DNA of 64,000 nt from Bacteroidales bacterium (lineage in GTDB: Bacteria > Bacteroidota > Bacteroidia > Bacteroidales > JAAUTT01): the NCBI GenBank assembly GCA_038320545.1, contig JBBQEI010000001.1, forward strand, positions 4,213-68,212, read 5' to 3'. A model generated the notes under the pieces. It did not search any database, was not told the DNA's origin, and saw nothing but the letters and a program-made list of their open reading frames with translations. Position numbers and translations under genes: made by a program. Positions 16,480 to 26,180 of the stretch are shown here, piece by piece (positions within the stretch are counted from its first letter, which is position 1; every line of letters begins with the position of its first letter).

Positions 16480-18804
16480 ATGGTTATGAACGATACATTA
16501 AATATTAATGAAATTCCATCAAGTTTAATTCAAAATGACAAATCGGAAATAAAAAGTAAACTATGGTTGCAGGCAATTTTGGATAATTCGTCATTAAACA
16601 TAATGGCTTTTGAATCAATTCGGGATGAAAATGGAAACATTGAAGATTTTGAATTTCTTTTTATCAATAAAAAAGCTGAAGAATCATTAAGCCGTGTCAA
16701 TCTTACAGGAAAACGTTTTAAAAAAGAATTTCCAGGCATTTATTCCGGTCTTTTTGATCTTTATACCGAAGTGACTGAAACGGGCAAGCCTTTGGATAAA
16801 GAGATTTATTATAATTACGATGGTTATGAACTTTGGGCATCTATAAATGCCACCAAACTCGAGGACGGGTGTTTGGTGATGTACTCTGATATTTCTGACC
16901 GAAAAAAAGCTGAACAAAGAGAGAAAGAATTTCATGAGGAGATTGGAAGTTCCAACACAACAATAAGAAGAATGCTTGATGGTTCTATTGCTGCCATTTG
17001 CTTATTCGATACCTTACGTGATGAAAAAGGACGAATAATTGACTTTATATTCAGAGGAGTCAACAAAGCATCTGAAGTCCTGAATAAAAAAGGTGAAAAT
17101 GATCTTATAGGAAAAGGATTAATAGAATCATTCCCAGAAGTTAATGAAGTTTTTTTTAAGGAGTATGTTAAAGTAGTGGAAACAGGAATTCCTTTGCGAA
17201 CCGATCTCGAAGGTTACGATCATTGGTACAGAAGTGTTGGTGTTAAGCTGGGCGATGGATTAGTGGTCAGCACTGAAGATATTACCGACCGTAAAAAAGT
17301 AGAATATGAAATAAAAAAAACGAAAGAGTTACTTAATTTAATTTTTGAAAGTCTCCCTATGCATCTGAGTTTTAACAAGGCTTTCAGAGATAGTGAAGGA
17401 CGGGTATCTGACTTTATCATGGAAGCGAGCAATGCTTCAAATTTGAAAATAAATGGGTTAAGTAAAGATGAACTTGGAAAATCAATTCAAATCATATTGC
17501 CTGAAATAAAAAATCATCCATTTTATCAAACATTGGTGGAAGTTGCAGAAAAAGGTTTTGCACAACAGGAGGAATCAAGCTATTATATAGATAATAAGCT
17601 TACTTGGCTGCTGACATATTATATTCCGATTACTGACGGGGTTTTGGTTGCCGGACTGGATATCACTGATAGAAAAAAAGCAGAAGACGACCTGCGGGAA
17701 AGCCAGCATTTTATTCAGCAAATTGCTGATACAACACCCGATATGCTTTTAGTATTCGATGTAACAAAAAAAAAGGTAATATATGTTAACAAAGAGATAT
17801 ATACCACTTTAGGATATACTCCTGAATCGATATACCAAATGGAAAATAAGGTATTTGAGCAATTGTTACATCCGGATGACTATCAAAAACTCATTATTCA
17901 TTATTCAAGCCTGCTATATATTAAACATGGTGAAGTTCGGGAAATTGAAATGAGAATAATAGATTCTAATAATAACTGGCATTGGTATTCAATACGCGAA
18001 ACCCTTTTTAAAGCTGCTGATAATGGAAAAGCACAACAGATCTTAGCCGTTTGCCAGAATATAACCAGTCAAAAACAGGCTGAAGCTGCGTTTATTGAAG
18101 AGCGTACCCGCAACCTGGAATTAAAGAGGATAAACGAGGTAATGGATACATTTGTATTTGCGGCAGCACACGATCTTAAAGCGCCAGTTTCTAACCTTAA
18201 GTTGTTAACAAATGTTATCGAAAATACGAGCGAAACAGCAATCAGAAATCAGTTACAGGGTAAATATTTACCCATAATAGAAACTTTAGAGAAAACAATT
18301 ACCGGCTTGGTAAGGGTACTTGAAATTGAAAACGATTCAAGTACAGGTGTTAAAAATCTTTTTTTTAAAGATATCTTTCATTCAGTGTTAAACGAACTGA
18401 GTGAAAATGTGAATGCCCAAAACGTAAAAATTCATGCTGATTTTATTTATTGCCAATCTATTACATACATCGAATCGTATATGTTAAGCATCTTCAGAAA
18501 TACACTCAGTAATGCATTAAAATACAAATCGGACAACCGTGAACTGATAGTGAACATCAACACACAATATTCAGGAAAATATGTTCTATTTACCATTCGT
18601 GATAATGGCATAGGTATTGATCTTGAAATTTTCGGAAAAGATTTGTTCAAACCGTTTAAACGGTTTAGTACACAATCGGAAGGGACTGGAATTGGGCTTC
18701 ACCTTATTAAAAGTATGGTTTCGAAAAATGGAGGTAAAATAGAAGTAGAAAGTGAATTAGGTGCAGGAACAACATTTAAAATTTTTATGGCAGAATATAA
18801 ATAA
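16480..18804 (+). CDS. cytoplasmic multi-PAS sensor histidine kinase
   Basis: Four to five PAS-like repeats, each ending in ..DITDRKKAE. HisKA H-box FAAAHDLKAPV. HATPase N/G boxes NALKY, DNGIGID, GTGIGLHLIK. No TM segment. Confidence 0.85.
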   Translation: MVMNDTLNINEIPSSLIQNDKSEIKSKLWLQAILDNSSLNIMAFESIRDENGNIEDFEFLFINKKAEESLSRVNLTGKRFKKEFPGIYSGLFDLYTEVTETGKPLDKEIYYNYDGYELWASINATKLEDGCLVMYSDISDRKKAEQREKEFHEEIGSSNTTIRRMLDGSIAAICLFDTLRDEKGRIIDFIFRGVNKASEVLNKKGENDLIGKGLIESFPEVNEVFFKEYVKVVETGIPLRTDLEGYDHWYRSVGVKLGDGLVVSTEDITDRKKVEYEIKKTKELLNLIFESLPMHLSFNKAFRDSEGRVSDFIMEASNASNLKINGLSKDELGKSIQIILPEIKNHPFYQTLVEVAEKGFAQQEESSYYIDNKLTWLLTYYIPITDGVLVAGLDITDRKKAEDDLRESQHFIQQIADTTPDMLLVFDVTKKKVIYVNKEIYTTLGYTPESIYQMENKVFEQLLHPDDYQKLIIHYSSLLYIKHGEVREIEMRIIDSNNNWHWYSIRETLFKAADNGKAQQILAVCQNITSQKQAEAAFIEERTRNLELKRINEVMDTFVFAAAHDLKAPVSNLKLLTNVIENTSETAIRNQLQGKYLPIIETLEKTITGLVRVLEIENDSSTGVKNLFFKDIFHSVLNELSENVNAQNVKIHADFIYCQSITYIESYMLSIFRNTLSNALKYKSDNRELIVNINTQYSGKYVLFTIRDNGIGIDLEIFGKDLFKPFKRFSTQSEGTGIGLHLIKSMVSKNGGKIEVESELGAGTTFKIFMAEYK

Positions 18805-18869
18805 CGAAATATAATAATAAAACCTTAGCATTGTTTAGCTATGAACAACCCGGGGCATATGAGAAAACT

Positions 18870-19304
18870 ATGGATAATATAAAAATATTTATACTTGACG
18901 ATGACGAGACAAATAATGAATTGGAAATAATGATTATGCAATCTATTGGCATTTCCAACATTGATGTTCGGACATCTGGTAAGGAAGCTCTTCGTTATCT
19001 GGATGATTGCAAAGAGAAAAATAATTTTCCGGCTATAATGTTCGTTGACCTAAACATGCCTGGGATGCATGGGTTTAGCTTTATTAAACTTTATGAAGAA
19101 AACTACAGGAACTTTAGTCCTCATACCCGTATCATCATGTTGTCGAATTCGATTTTAGAAAACGAAAAAAAGGAAGCCTTAAAACATGAGTCGGTGCTTG
19201 ACTTTTGGAGCAAACCTTTAAAAGCTGGTAAGCTACAGGAAGCAATAGCGAAAATAAAATCAATTAATGAGGAGATTGTAGGATGGGAAGATGTGAAGAT
19301 GTGA
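18870..19304 (+). CDS. stand-alone response-regulator receiver protein
   Basis: IFILDDDE...FVDLNMPGMHG...SKPL are receiver motifs, and there is no output domain. I prefer the ATG at 18870 (MDNIKIF) over the TTG at 18831 used by the track. Confidence 0.75.
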   Translation: MDNIKIFILDDDETNNELEIMIMQSIGISNIDVRTSGKEALRYLDDCKEKNNFPAIMFVDLNMPGMHGFSFIKLYEENYRNFSPHTRIIMLSNSILENEKKEALKHESVLDFWSKPLKAGKLQEAIAKIKSINEEIVGWEDVKM

Positions 19305-19318
19305 AGATGTGAATGAAG
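19287..19318. repeat. 8-nt tandem repeat (gaagatgt x3 plus one degenerate unit) spanning the receiver gene stop codon
   Basis: gaagatgt gaagatgt gaagatgt gaatgaag. The stop TGA at 19302-19304 lies inside the second and third units. Confidence 0.85.
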
Positions 19319-19446
19319 TAAGTTTAAGGAATATTTGCAATGTAATAAGAAAATTGAAGAAACTGGTTTTTTTGAATTTTACTGTCAACATAAACCTAAA
19401 TATAGCTACATTAGAGCGCTTATAACTCTAATAATTTAATAACCTC

Positions 19447-20142
19447 ATGGCAAAAAAGCAGAGCAACCCTCTATTTAACATATTAATAAATATTGTTATA
19501 CCAGTTATTATATTAACCAAATTTAGCAAAGAAGCTTACCTTGGTCCTTTATACGGCCTCATTGCAGCACTATCATTACCTTTTATTTATGGCTTGTATG
19601 AATTGATATTTCAAAAACAAAAGAATTTCATATCTATTTTAGGATTCATCGGTATTTTGTTTTCCGGAATTATTGGATTAATGCAATTTCCTCCCCATTG
19701 GATTGCTGTTAAAGAAGCTTCTATTCCATTGGTTATTGGTCTTGTAGTTTTAATTTCGACAAAAACACCCTGGCAGCTCCTAAAAACATTTATATATAAT
19801 AAGGAAATTCTGAATATCGATAAAATTAATTCCCGGTTACCGACAGTTGAATTGCAAACAAAGCTCAATAAAATTTTGGGACGTGCCAATATTATCCTGG
19901 CTTGTACATTCTTTTTTTCTGCTGTATTAAATTATTCTCTGGCCAAAATAATGGTAAACAGTTTACCCGGAACTATAGAATTTAATGAGGAAATAGGAAA
20001 AATGGCAATGCTGAGCTTCCCTGTTATTGCTCTGCCTTCGGTGATTATGATGGTATTTATATTATGGTATATTTTTTCGTCGCTGAAAAAGTTGACGTTG
20101 TTAACTACTGATGAAATCTTCGTAGAGAAATTTAAAAAATAG
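19447..20142 (+). CDS. hypothetical multi-pass inner-membrane protein
   Basis: 231 aa with about 6 hydrophobic spans. No catalytic motif recognised. Confidence 0.5.
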   Translation: MAKKQSNPLFNILINIVIPVIILTKFSKEAYLGPLYGLIAALSLPFIYGLYELIFQKQKNFISILGFIGILFSGIIGLMQFPPHWIAVKEASIPLVIGLVVLISTKTPWQLLKTFIYNKEILNIDKINSRLPTVELQTKLNKILGRANIILACTFFFSAVLNYSLAKIMVNSLPGTIEFNEEIGKMAMLSFPVIALPSVIMMVFILWYIFSSLKKLTLLTTDEIFVEKFKK

Positions 20143-20356
20143 GTTTGAGGAAAAAAGAAGAATCCTGGATATTTAGTCAACATTTTGGGTTACTGACATA
20201 TCCAAAGTTAGTAGATGCGACACGAATTATTCTTAAGCTTCTCACAAAGGAGTTCGCGTGTCGGGAATTCATTCGCTTTACTCTACCCCGTCTTTCAGCC
20301 AGAGTTATTCAGATTAAACCCATTCTGGATTTTAAATACCAAATGGCATTTCAATT

Positions 20357-20385
20357 AAAAAAAAGCCCTCTCGGGCTTTTTTTAT
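20357..20385. terminator. bidirectional rho-independent terminator
   Basis: aaaaaaaagccc tctc gggcttttttt is a GC stem flanked by an A-run and a T-run. It lies between convergent genes and abuts the acyl-CoA dehydrogenase stop. Confidence 0.75.
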
Positions 20386-22092
20386 TTATTCAATTTTGAA
20401 TTTTCCAATATCGTTTGGTGAGGAATATTTGATAAACTCAGCTCGTGATGCATTTTGCGAACGGCCAAATTTAAGGAATATCTCCTGTGTTTTCCAATAG
20501 TTGTGATCGCGGTTACAATCGAGCAATAACAGGTATCCCATAATAATATGTCCTGCCATTTCAACCAACCTGCGTGCATGGAAATCGATAAATTCATTGT
20601 TGTTGAATTCGATTACTTTTTTTGATGCAGCTTCGAATTCTTCAGTCATACCTACCAGAACACGGCGATAACCTTCGAGTTCCGGTTTTAGTGGTTCTGC
20701 TTCATATTCTTTAATGCGGGCAAGGTATCCGCCGGTGGTAACACCACGGATAGCGGCAACTACCTGTAATTGTGTAGTTCCTTCATAAATAGAAGTGATA
20801 CGGGCATCGCGATAAATGCGTTCAACAGGGTAATCTTTCATGAAGCCAGAACCGCCATGAACCTGAACGGCATCATAAGCATTCTGATTACTATATTCTG
20901 ATGTAATACCTTTAGCAAGCGGTGTGAATATGTCAGCAAGCTTCTGGTATCTTTTCTGTTCTTCTTTTTCTTCTTTTGTCAGATCTCTTTCTTCTGAAAT
21001 ATGCATCAGGGTTTTATAAAGATCTACAAAACGGGCAGTTTCATATAAAAGGGTACGGGAGGCATCAAGTTTGGCTTTCATCAGCGAAATCATCTCATAT
21101 ACTGCTGGAAATTCGATGATAGCTTTTCCAAACTGTTTTCTTTCCCTGGCATATGATAAAGCTTCGCGATAAGCAGCTTCCGAAACACCAACACTCTGGG
21201 CGGTAATTCCCAAACGTGCGCCATTCATTAGAGCCATCACATATTTTATTAAACCGAGTTTTCTTGATCCGCAAAGTTCAGCAGGTGCATTCTTAAAAAC
21301 AAGTTCGCAGGTTGGCGATCCTTTAATCCCCATTTTATTTTCGATACGACGAACAGTTACACCACCATCGCGCTTATCATAAATAAACATCGAAAGTCCG
21401 CGACCATCAGTTGTACCTTCTTCGGAGCGTGCCAGAACAAGTGAAATATCGCCATCGCCATTGGTAATGAAACGTTTTACTCCATTCAGGAACCATTTGT
21501 TTTTCGAATCATCGAAAGTAGCTTTCAACATCACAGCTTGTAAATCGCTGCCTGCATCAGGTTCGGTGAGGTCCATGGCCATGGTTTCGCCGGCACATAC
21601 ACGAGTTAAATATTTTTCTTTTTGGTCCTCGGTAGCAAATTCGTTGATAGTTTCAGCACAATCTTGCAAACCCCAGATATTCACAAAACCAGTATCGGCC
21701 CTCGACACAATATCGGCAGCCATGATATAGGGTACAATAGGGAAATTCAAACCATGGAAACGGCGTGGTAACGACATACCCATTAATCCGGCATGGCTTA
21801 AGGCTTCGATGTTCTGAACGGTACCGTTGGCATATTTAACCCGACCATCAATTAATTCAGGACCGTCATGATCAACCGATTCAGCATTTGGGCCAATAAT
21901 TTCACCGCAAATTTCGCCAACTATTTCCAGCACTTTTTCATAGCTGTCCATAGCATCTTCAAAATCTACAGGAGCATAATCGTATTTGTCTTTTTCCTCA
22001 AAATTCCTCTCCTTCAGGGCAACAATCCTCTTCATCAAAGGGTGTGTCAGGTGAAATTTTAAATCCGGGTTATCTGTATAGAAGTTTGCCAT
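20386..22092 (-). CDS. acyl-CoA dehydrogenase family protein (long form)
   Basis: ACAD blocks: MAMDLTEPDAGSD, KWFLNGVKRFITNG, TCELVF, QFGK, HGGSGF, RIYRDARITSIYEGTTQLQ. It lies directly upstream of etfAB. Confidence 0.85.
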   Translation of the reverse strand: MANFYTDNPDLKFHLTHPLMKRIVALKERNFEEKDKYDYAPVDFEDAMDSYEKVLEIVGEICGEIIGPNAESVDHDGPELIDGRVKYANGTVQNIEALSHAGLMGMSLPRRFHGLNFPIVPYIMAADIVSRADTGFVNIWGLQDCAETINEFATEDQKEKYLTRVCAGETMAMDLTEPDAGSDLQAVMLKATFDDSKNKWFLNGVKRFITNGDGDISLVLARSEEGTTDGRGLSMFIYDKRDGGVTVRRIENKMGIKGSPTCELVFKNAPAELCGSRKLGLIKYVMALMNGARLGITAQSVGVSEAAYREALSYARERKQFGKAIIEFPAVYEMISLMKAKLDASRTLLYETARFVDLYKTLMHISEERDLTKEEKEEQKRYQKLADIFTPLAKGITSEYSNQNAYDAVQVHGGSGFMKDYPVERIYRDARITSIYEGTTQLQVVAAIRGVTTGGYLARIKEYEAEPLKPELEGYRRVLVGMTEEFEAASKKVIEFNNNEFIDFHARRLVEMAGHIIMGYLLLLDCNRDHNYWKTQEIFLKFGRSQNASRAEFIKYSSPNDIGKFKIE

Positions 22093-22116
22093 AATTGTTG
22101 AATTAATTTTGAAGAT

Positions 22117-23136
22117 TTACTTCGAGTTTTGTTTGTAGTATTTGATCATTTTAGGAACAATATCTTCAATATTGCCTGTAATAATGTAATCGGCTATACT
22201 ATTGATAGGTGCAGATGGATCGTTATTAATGGAAATAATCATGCTTGATTCCTGCATACCGGCAATGTGTTGAATTTGACCGGAAATACCACAAGCGATA
22301 TATAGTTTTGGGCGAACGGTAATACCTGTTTGTCCAATCTGACGGTCGTGATCGGCATAACCTGCATCAACTGCTGCCCGCGAAGCACCAACTTCGCCAC
22401 CGATAGCAGTAGCTAAATTATGTAATAACTGAAAATTCTCTTTAGAACCAACACCATAACCACCTGCAACAATAATGGAAGAGTTTTTAATATTAACCTT
22501 CGATTTTTCCATGTGACGTTCAATGATTTTTACTACAAAATCAGTGTCGGTAACATATTTTGAAAGATCAAGTGTAACCACTTCCCCTTTGTAGGTCAGG
22601 TTGAAAATTTCTTTCTTCATCACACCTTCACGCACTGTTGCCATTTGCGGGCGACAGTCGGGATTGATAATGGTAGCGATAATATTTCCACCAAAAGCTG
22701 GTCGGATTTGATACAGTAAATTTTTATATTCTTTGTTTAATCTTTTTTCTTCATGATCGCCAATTTCGAGACTGGTGCAATCGGCTGTTAATCCACTGCG
22801 TAAAGCCGACGAAACACGAGGGCCAAGATCGCGACCAATAGTGGTGGCTCCTAATAAAGCAATCTGAGGATTTTGTTCCTTAAAAAGCTCAACAGTAATG
22901 GCAGTGTGCGGAAGTGTTGCATAATGCTCTAAACGGTCGTCATCGGCAATATATACCGTATCGACACCAAATGGGAAAAGTTGTTGTGGAATGCTGTCGA
23001 GCTTGCATCCAATAACCAGAGCTTCGAGTTTGCAATTAAGTTGAGATGCCAGGCTGCGGCCTTTTGTCAGAAGTTCAAAACTAACATCGGCAACCTTGCC
23101 TTCGTCAATTTCACAATAAACTATTATATTGTTCAT
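22117..23136 (-). CDS. etfA: electron transfer flavoprotein subunit alpha
   Basis: C-terminal FAD-binding block AGGYGVGS...VGASRAAVDAGY...QIGQTG..V.PKLYIACGISGQIQH.AGM. Confidence 0.85.
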   Translation of the reverse strand: MNNIIVYCEIDEGKVADVSFELLTKGRSLASQLNCKLEALVIGCKLDSIPQQLFPFGVDTVYIADDDRLEHYATLPHTAITVELFKEQNPQIALLGATTIGRDLGPRVSSALRSGLTADCTSLEIGDHEEKRLNKEYKNLLYQIRPAFGGNIIATIINPDCRPQMATVREGVMKKEIFNLTYKGEVVTLDLSKYVTDTDFVVKIIERHMEKSKVNIKNSSIIVAGGYGVGSKENFQLLHNLATAIGGEVGASRAAVDAGYADHDRQIGQTGITVRPKLYIACGISGQIQHIAGMQESSMIISINNDPSAPINSIADYIITGNIEDIVPKMIKYYKQNSK

Positions 23137-23172
23137 ACTATAATTTTTCTAATGTTAGGAATAAGACAGGGA

Positions 23173-24048
23173 TTATCCAATAGTGTGGTTTGCAAGAAGC
23201 TCTTTCATCAGCTCTTCAATATCCCGGTCAGTATTGGTTAAATGCTTTGACTCTTTGGCCTGAAAAACGATATTGTCGATTTTCTTAACCTTCGTAGGTG
23301 AACCGTTTAAGCCAAGTTGTTCGCGGTCGCACTCTATATCGTTCACGCTCCATTCCTTAATACTTAAATAAGGGCGCTCATTAATCATGGTGATATAATC
23401 TTCGCTTTTTTCCTGACGTTCACTGATGGTAGTGGCATGTTTGTATTTCATCAGCCTTTTGGAATTACGTGGGCGGCACGAAGCAGCAGAACTATTTACT
23501 GTAACCAGAATTGGAAAAGTACCTTCTACCACTTCAACACCTCTTTCAAGCCTTCTTTTTACGCGGATTTTATTGGATTCTACCGATAAAATATCTTCAG
23601 CATAAGTAATTTGAGCGATATTAAGTTTTTCGGCAACCTGAGGGCCTACTTGAGCTGTATCTCCATCGATAGCCTGACGGCCACAAATAATCACGTCAAA
23701 ATCTTTAACTTTTCTGATAGCACACGAAAGTGCATAGGAAGTTGCAAGGGTGTCGGCACCGGCAAAAGCGCGGTCGGTGAGCAATATACCATCGTCGGTA
23801 CCGCGGAATAAACCTTCGCGCAAAATTTCGGCAGCGCGAACTGGGCCCATGGTAAGAACGGTTATAGTGGAACCGGGAATTTTATCTTTAATACGAAGTG
23901 CTTGTTCAAGCGCATTCAGGTCTTCAGGGTTAAAAATAGCAGGTAAAGCAGCACGGTTAACAGTACCATCGGCTTTCATCGCATCTTTTCCAACATTCCT
24001 GGTGTCAGGTACTTGTTTAGCTAAAACAATAATTTTCAATCCATTCAT
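23173..24048 (-). CDS. etfB: electron transfer flavoprotein subunit beta
   Basis: MNGLKIIVLAKQVPDT...NP.D..ALE.AL...LTMGP...R...A.GAD...L.D..FAG.DT.ATS.AL...I. I prefer the start at 24048 (MNGLKI) over the track start at 24078. Confidence 0.85.
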   Translation of the reverse strand: MNGLKIIVLAKQVPDTRNVGKDAMKADGTVNRAALPAIFNPEDLNALEQALRIKDKIPGSTITVLTMGPVRAAEILREGLFRGTDDGILLTDRAFAGADTLATSYALSCAIRKVKDFDVIICGRQAIDGDTAQVGPQVAEKLNIAQITYAEDILSVESNKIRVKRRLERGVEVVEGTFPILVTVNSSAASCRPRNSKRLMKYKHATTISERQEKSEDYITMINERPYLSIKEWSVNDIECDREQLGLNGSPTKVKKIDNIVFQAKESKHLTNTDRDIEELMKELLANHTIG

Positions 24049-24234
24049 CGTAGAAGTGGTTAATTTTAAGATTGGCAAATATAAAACAAATACAAAAATT
24101 CGAAAGAGAAATTTTTCGAGCCTATGTAATTTAGGACGATTTTAAATAAAAAGGGAATTATGAAAAGAAATTCAAAAAGAAATGTGAAATGCCAAATACG
24201 AAATACAGAGACTAAGTGCTTTAATGAGCATTTA

Positions 24235-24852
24235 TCATTTCTTTAATAAGCCTATCTGATCAATTAATTCAAGCCTTTTAACAATAGTACCCGGGATTAA
24301 TACTGTTCCGGGCGATAATACTGCATTTGCGCCAATTTTTGAGTTATCGCCTATTAATGATCCGAACTTTTCAATACCGGTATCAATTATGATTGAGTCT
24401 ATATATGCGAGGATTCTTTTATTTTCCCTTTCATTAAAATGATTGGCAGTAATTGCGCCAGCTTCAAAATTTACATTCCTGCCAATTATGCTGTCTCCAA
24501 TAAAATTAAAGTGGGCAATAGAGGCTCCCGGAAAAATTATACTGGTTTTTACCTCACAACCAGGCCCTATACTCACTGTTTCGGTTAAAAGGACACCTCC
24601 TCTTAAATAAGCATTGGAACCTATAAAACAATCAGGACCTATCAGGACTGGTGCTTTTAATGTCACATTGCTTTCAATAACTGCTGTTTTATGAATGGCA
24701 ATTCCATCATTTGTATTATAATCATTGTTTGTTATGGAAATTAGCTCCATTAACAAGTTCGGAAGTTTTTGAATTATCTCCCATGGATATTGGTTTTTCT
24801 GTTTTGTAAACAGAGAATTGAACTGTTTAATATAATCTTCTATGTTAAACAT
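24235..24852 (-). CDS. left-handed beta-helix (hexapeptide-repeat) protein, GlmU C-terminal-like
   Basis: Repeated [LIV]G.... hexapeptide pattern through residues ~60-190 (IGPDCFIGSNAYL, IGPGCEV, IGDSIIGRNVNF, IGDNSKIGANAVL). Confidence 0.6.
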   Translation of the reverse strand: MFNIEDYIKQFNSLFTKQKNQYPWEIIQKLPNLLMELISITNNDYNTNDGIAIHKTAVIESNVTLKAPVLIGPDCFIGSNAYLRGGVLLTETVSIGPGCEVKTSIIFPGASIAHFNFIGDSIIGRNVNFEAGAITANHFNERENKRILAYIDSIIIDTGIEKFGSLIGDNSKIGANAVLSPGTVLIPGTIVKRLELIDQIGLLKK

Positions 24853-25116
24853 CGGGGATAGGAATTATTTTATAAAGTTGGTATTACAGTTATTTTGAAT
24901 AGTCTGAATTATTAATTGAACAAAAACAGTCAATTAACTTTTAATGCAAAAATATACCTTTAAACTATAAGCCTTTAAAAAATAGCAATAAACTACACTT
25001 TTATTATTGAACATGGCATTTATCATGCTGGTTGGTGATATAGATCACCCGGTAAAATTCAACCATGATTTAAAACGTACGTACTTAGGGAAGATTTAAC
25101 TAATTTACTAATCGTA

Positions 25117-25590
25117 ATGGAAATTGAAATTGTACTAAAAGAAGCTACTGCGCAAAAAGATGATTTTAAAGTTGTTCAAAGAGGCGACAAAATAGAATCG
25201 ATCAACAAATTAAATCAGGTTTTTCATTATATCGATCTGTCATATACAAAGCAGGGTATCTTTTTTCATGGATGGAATGGTTTCCGCACCACCGAGCAAC
25301 TTAAAGATGTTTTGAGCGGACATTTTATGGATTTATTTAAAAAGCACAAATGTAAAAGCGCAATTGTTGAAAGTACTAAAATGAGTGGAAGTTTCAATGA
25401 AGCAAACGATTGGCTTGCAGGTGTTTTTATGCCAAAACTTATTGGAATGGGATTAACGAAAGTTGCTGTTGTTTTACCTCATAATATTTTTGCTCAGATG
25501 GCAGTGGATGAATGGGATAAAAAAATTGGCGGGTTTTCATCGCGCAATTTTGGATCAGTTAGTGATGCTGTTGCCTGGCTAAAAAGCTAA
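25117..25590 (+). CDS. SpoIIAA-like/STAS-fold protein (DUF-type)
   Basis: 157 aa. The C-terminal pattern KVAVVLP....A........GGFSSRNFGSVSDAVAWL resembles the SpoIIAA-like family ending F.s...A..WL. Confidence 0.45.
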   Translation: MEIEIVLKEATAQKDDFKVVQRGDKIESINKLNQVFHYIDLSYTKQGIFFHGWNGFRTTEQLKDVLSGHFMDLFKKHKCKSAIVESTKMSGSFNEANDWLAGVFMPKLIGMGLTKVAVVLPHNIFAQMAVDEWDKKIGGFSSRNFGSVSDAVAWLKS

Positions 25591-25677
25591 GGTCTACGCC
25601 AGATTGCTTTAAAATATAATATCATATAAAAAAAAATATAACTATGGCATAAAAATCACTAAAAACAATATTGAAAT

Positions 25678-25854
25678 TTAGTGTCTTAGTGCCTTAGTTT
25701 TCGGTTTTCGAATCCAATCAACAATCATATTTCAAATCCACTCTAAAATTCACTTCATCTGGTTTTTCTAAATAATGGAGTCAAGTAGATAGATGCTTAT
25801 GTGGCTGACGTTTTAGACCCTCTGCTAAATTTCGTGTCTTAGTGACTTCGTGTT
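25678..25854. repeat. two direct copies of an ~18-nt motif GTGTCTTAGTGMCTTMGT, about 155 nt apart
   Basis: ttagtgtcttagtgccttagtt at 25678-25699 and tcgtgtcttagtgacttcgtgtt at 25832-25854, in a 590-nt non-coding spacer. Confidence 0.7.
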
Positions 25855-25987
25855 CAATTGTATTTTTTTTTATTTTTCAGGGCTCAAAAAACTGGAATAT
25901 CTGAAATCGAAAATTCAATTCAAATTTTCTATCACTGTTGTCCGGTAAAAATATGGAAAAGATTAAATGAACAGATTTACCTGCGGT

Positions 25988-26108
25988 GAGATCGCTTCGC
26001 TAAGTTCTCACTTCATTCGAAATGACAATTAAGTAGTTAATTAGAAATCCAACAAAGCCTTTGTCATTTCGACCCTGCCGGCAGCAGGCGGGCACAGGGA
26101 GAAATCTC
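25988..26108. repeat. inverted pair of REP-like elements (GAGATyNC...TCGAAATGACAA)
   Basis: gagatcgcttcgctaagttctcacttcattcgaaatgacaa (25988-26028) faces ttgtcatttcgaccctgccggcagcaggcgggcacagggagaaatctc (26061-26108). Both share the end motifs gagat.. and tcgaaatgacaa in opposite orientation. This resembles intergenic repeats common in Bacteroidota. Confidence 0.6.
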
Positions 26109-26180
26109 TTACTTTAACCGGCCACTGATTATTTTCTATCAATTTCCTGTAATTTTGGATCAAAAATAGGGCGGTCATGT

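Noticed and set aside
20145-20399. 84-aa plus-strand ORF in the track
   Set aside because: It overlaps the terminator hairpin and the 3' end of the acyl-CoA dehydrogenase gene and matches no recognisable family. I treat the region as non-coding (see the candidate sRNA finding).
25703-25715. tRNA T-arm-like ggttttcgaatcc
   Set aside because: No acceptor stem, D-arm or anticodon arm can be drawn around it. It sits directly after a copy of the GTGTCTTAGTG repeat and is probably part of that repeat landscape.
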